Source: Octopus bimaculoides (lineage: Eukaryota). From it: a DNA stretch of 37,446 nucleotides. Of the stretch, positions 35,892 to 37,446 are shown in pieces. Each line of letters opens with the position of its first letter. The stretch's first letter is position 1. A model generated the notes under the pieces. That model was not told the DNA's origin, ran no database searches, and saw only the letters and a list, made by a program, of their open reading frames with translations. The stretch is from NCBI RefSeq assembly GCF_001194135.2, contig NC_068999.1, positions 38,893,618-38,931,063 on the forward strand, read 5' to 3'. A program made the position numbers and the translations under genes.

Positions 35892-37163
35892 NNNNNNNNN
35901 NAGAGAGAGAGAGAGAGAGAGAGAGTGTGTGTATATGTATATATGGTTTTCATGCTTCTAGATTTGCGATGAGAAGACTGTATTTTATTATTTAGTGAAG
36001 AAGACGCATCTTCCATTTTGAAAGTGAAGTCAAATTGCGTCGTAAGCCAGGATAGAGTTTCGGTGATGGCTAAAAGACAGTAAAAAAATTTCGAAAACTA
36101 ATTTTAAATAAATAAATAAAATTGTAGGCGTATAAAACAATAAGCACAAACACTAGGCTGAAAATATAGTTGACAAATAAGTATGAGATTCCATTATTTT
36201 GGGAATAGATTTTTGTTCCAAGTAGCCAAATATTCTTTGGAGATTTCTTTGGGAGCATTTTTGTTGGGGTTTTTTTTATGTAATACTTGACATGCTTTTC
36301 TTTTTGTATATCAGATATATTTTGGAGGAAAGATGGAATTTACGCATATTCCTCATAAATCTTGATATATATCTGAATGATGCATTATTCAAAAAATTTA
36401 TGTGTGGCTGCATGGGTGTGAAGCAGAAAAAGAGAGAGAGAGGGGGAGTGGAGGGAGAGAGAGAGAGAGAAAAGGAGAAAGAGGAATAAGGATAGCGTGA
36501 ACGGTTAAAAGCATGTTTCAACGGGTGAAACACACATAAATGTGTATGCATACATACGTACATACACCCACATGTATATGCATAATTTATGTATACATAC
36601 ACATGCTATATAGTGAGAGAAAGGAGATGAAGAAGGATTGTGTGAAATTTTTATCACACACAAACACACACACACACACAGACTTATATGTTGAGAATAT
36701 CTATTGCGATAGGAAATGATATATACACATATTTATAAAAAGAAAATAAACTTTTTTTTTTTTACTGATAATATATATCGATGTTATGCACATATTTGGT
36801 TTGGGAGAAATAATTGAAAACTACCACAAAAAAAAAAGTCATAGGAGCAAGGAAAAGATAGAATTGACAAAATAATGCTTCTCCGCGTATGCATGCCTGT
36901 ATGGACGGATGGATGTGTATGAATATATTTGTAAATGTTAAAGCCGCGTGCTATACAAATTATCACAACGAGGATTTAAAAGACAGCCAAAGGAACAATG
37001 TATAGTAAAGTCATCGGAACAAACCAGAGGAAGAATAATCGCACACACACACACACACACACATTTTTTATTATATTATATTAGGGAATGATAAGAGGTG
37101 TTGAGCAAGTGAGGCGACAATGTCCTTGATGATCTGATAATCTGAATTTTAATAATATTTTTG

Positions 37164-37446
37164 AGGCATGTCTTGTGTGGTAAGAAATTTGCTTCCCAAT
37201 TACATGGCTTCAGGCGCGTTCAGTCCCACCTCATGGTACCTTCGGCATGTGTTTTTCTTCAAAAGGCCTTGGACCGACGAAGGCCTTTTGAATGGACTTG
37301 GTAGACGGGAACGTTTTGAAAGAGCGTCGCCTGTGTATAAATATGTGTATGTATGTATGTGTGAGTGAGTGTGTGCGTGTATATGTATAGTGATTCCCAT
37401 GAATATGGCGATGCTCTGGCTTGCGTGCACACACACACACACACAC
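37164..37446 (+). mobile_element. SINE group B head plus internal microsatellite, runs off the right edge
   Basis: AGGCATGTCTTGTGTGGTAAGAAATTTGCTTCCC...GTTCAGTCCCAC...GGACTTGGTAGACGGGAAC. Confidence 0.75.

Overview
Eukaryotic, AT-rich, microsatellite-saturated genomic DNA from a gapped draft assembly (8 N-runs). The SINE repertoire and repeat style look cephalopod (Octopus-like); this is recognition by eye, not a database result. Nearly all long entries in the ORF track are microsatellite or N-run artefacts. Supported content: RTE-clade and CR1-group LINE fragments at the left end; about 20 copies of three tRNA-headed SINE groups, each head joined to two alternative tails; one clear 69-nt coding exon (3616-3684, +) and a few weaker exon candidates; and an abrupt CpG-poor to CpG-rich switch near 7.5-8.5 kb. 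The main finding is a set of at least five sequence-unrelated short elements carrying minimal type I hammerhead-ribozyme motifs (CUGANGA / stem II / GAAA / mostly palindromic stem III / stem I). Three are fold-back (inverted) units, one of them with a 12-bp target-site duplication, and one is a ~278-bp tandem unit. The copy at 22214-22261 keeps every invariant core nucleotide. This fits Penelope-like pLTR remnants or non-autonomous retrozymes. All alignments, folds and counts were done by hand, and nothing here shows expression or activity.
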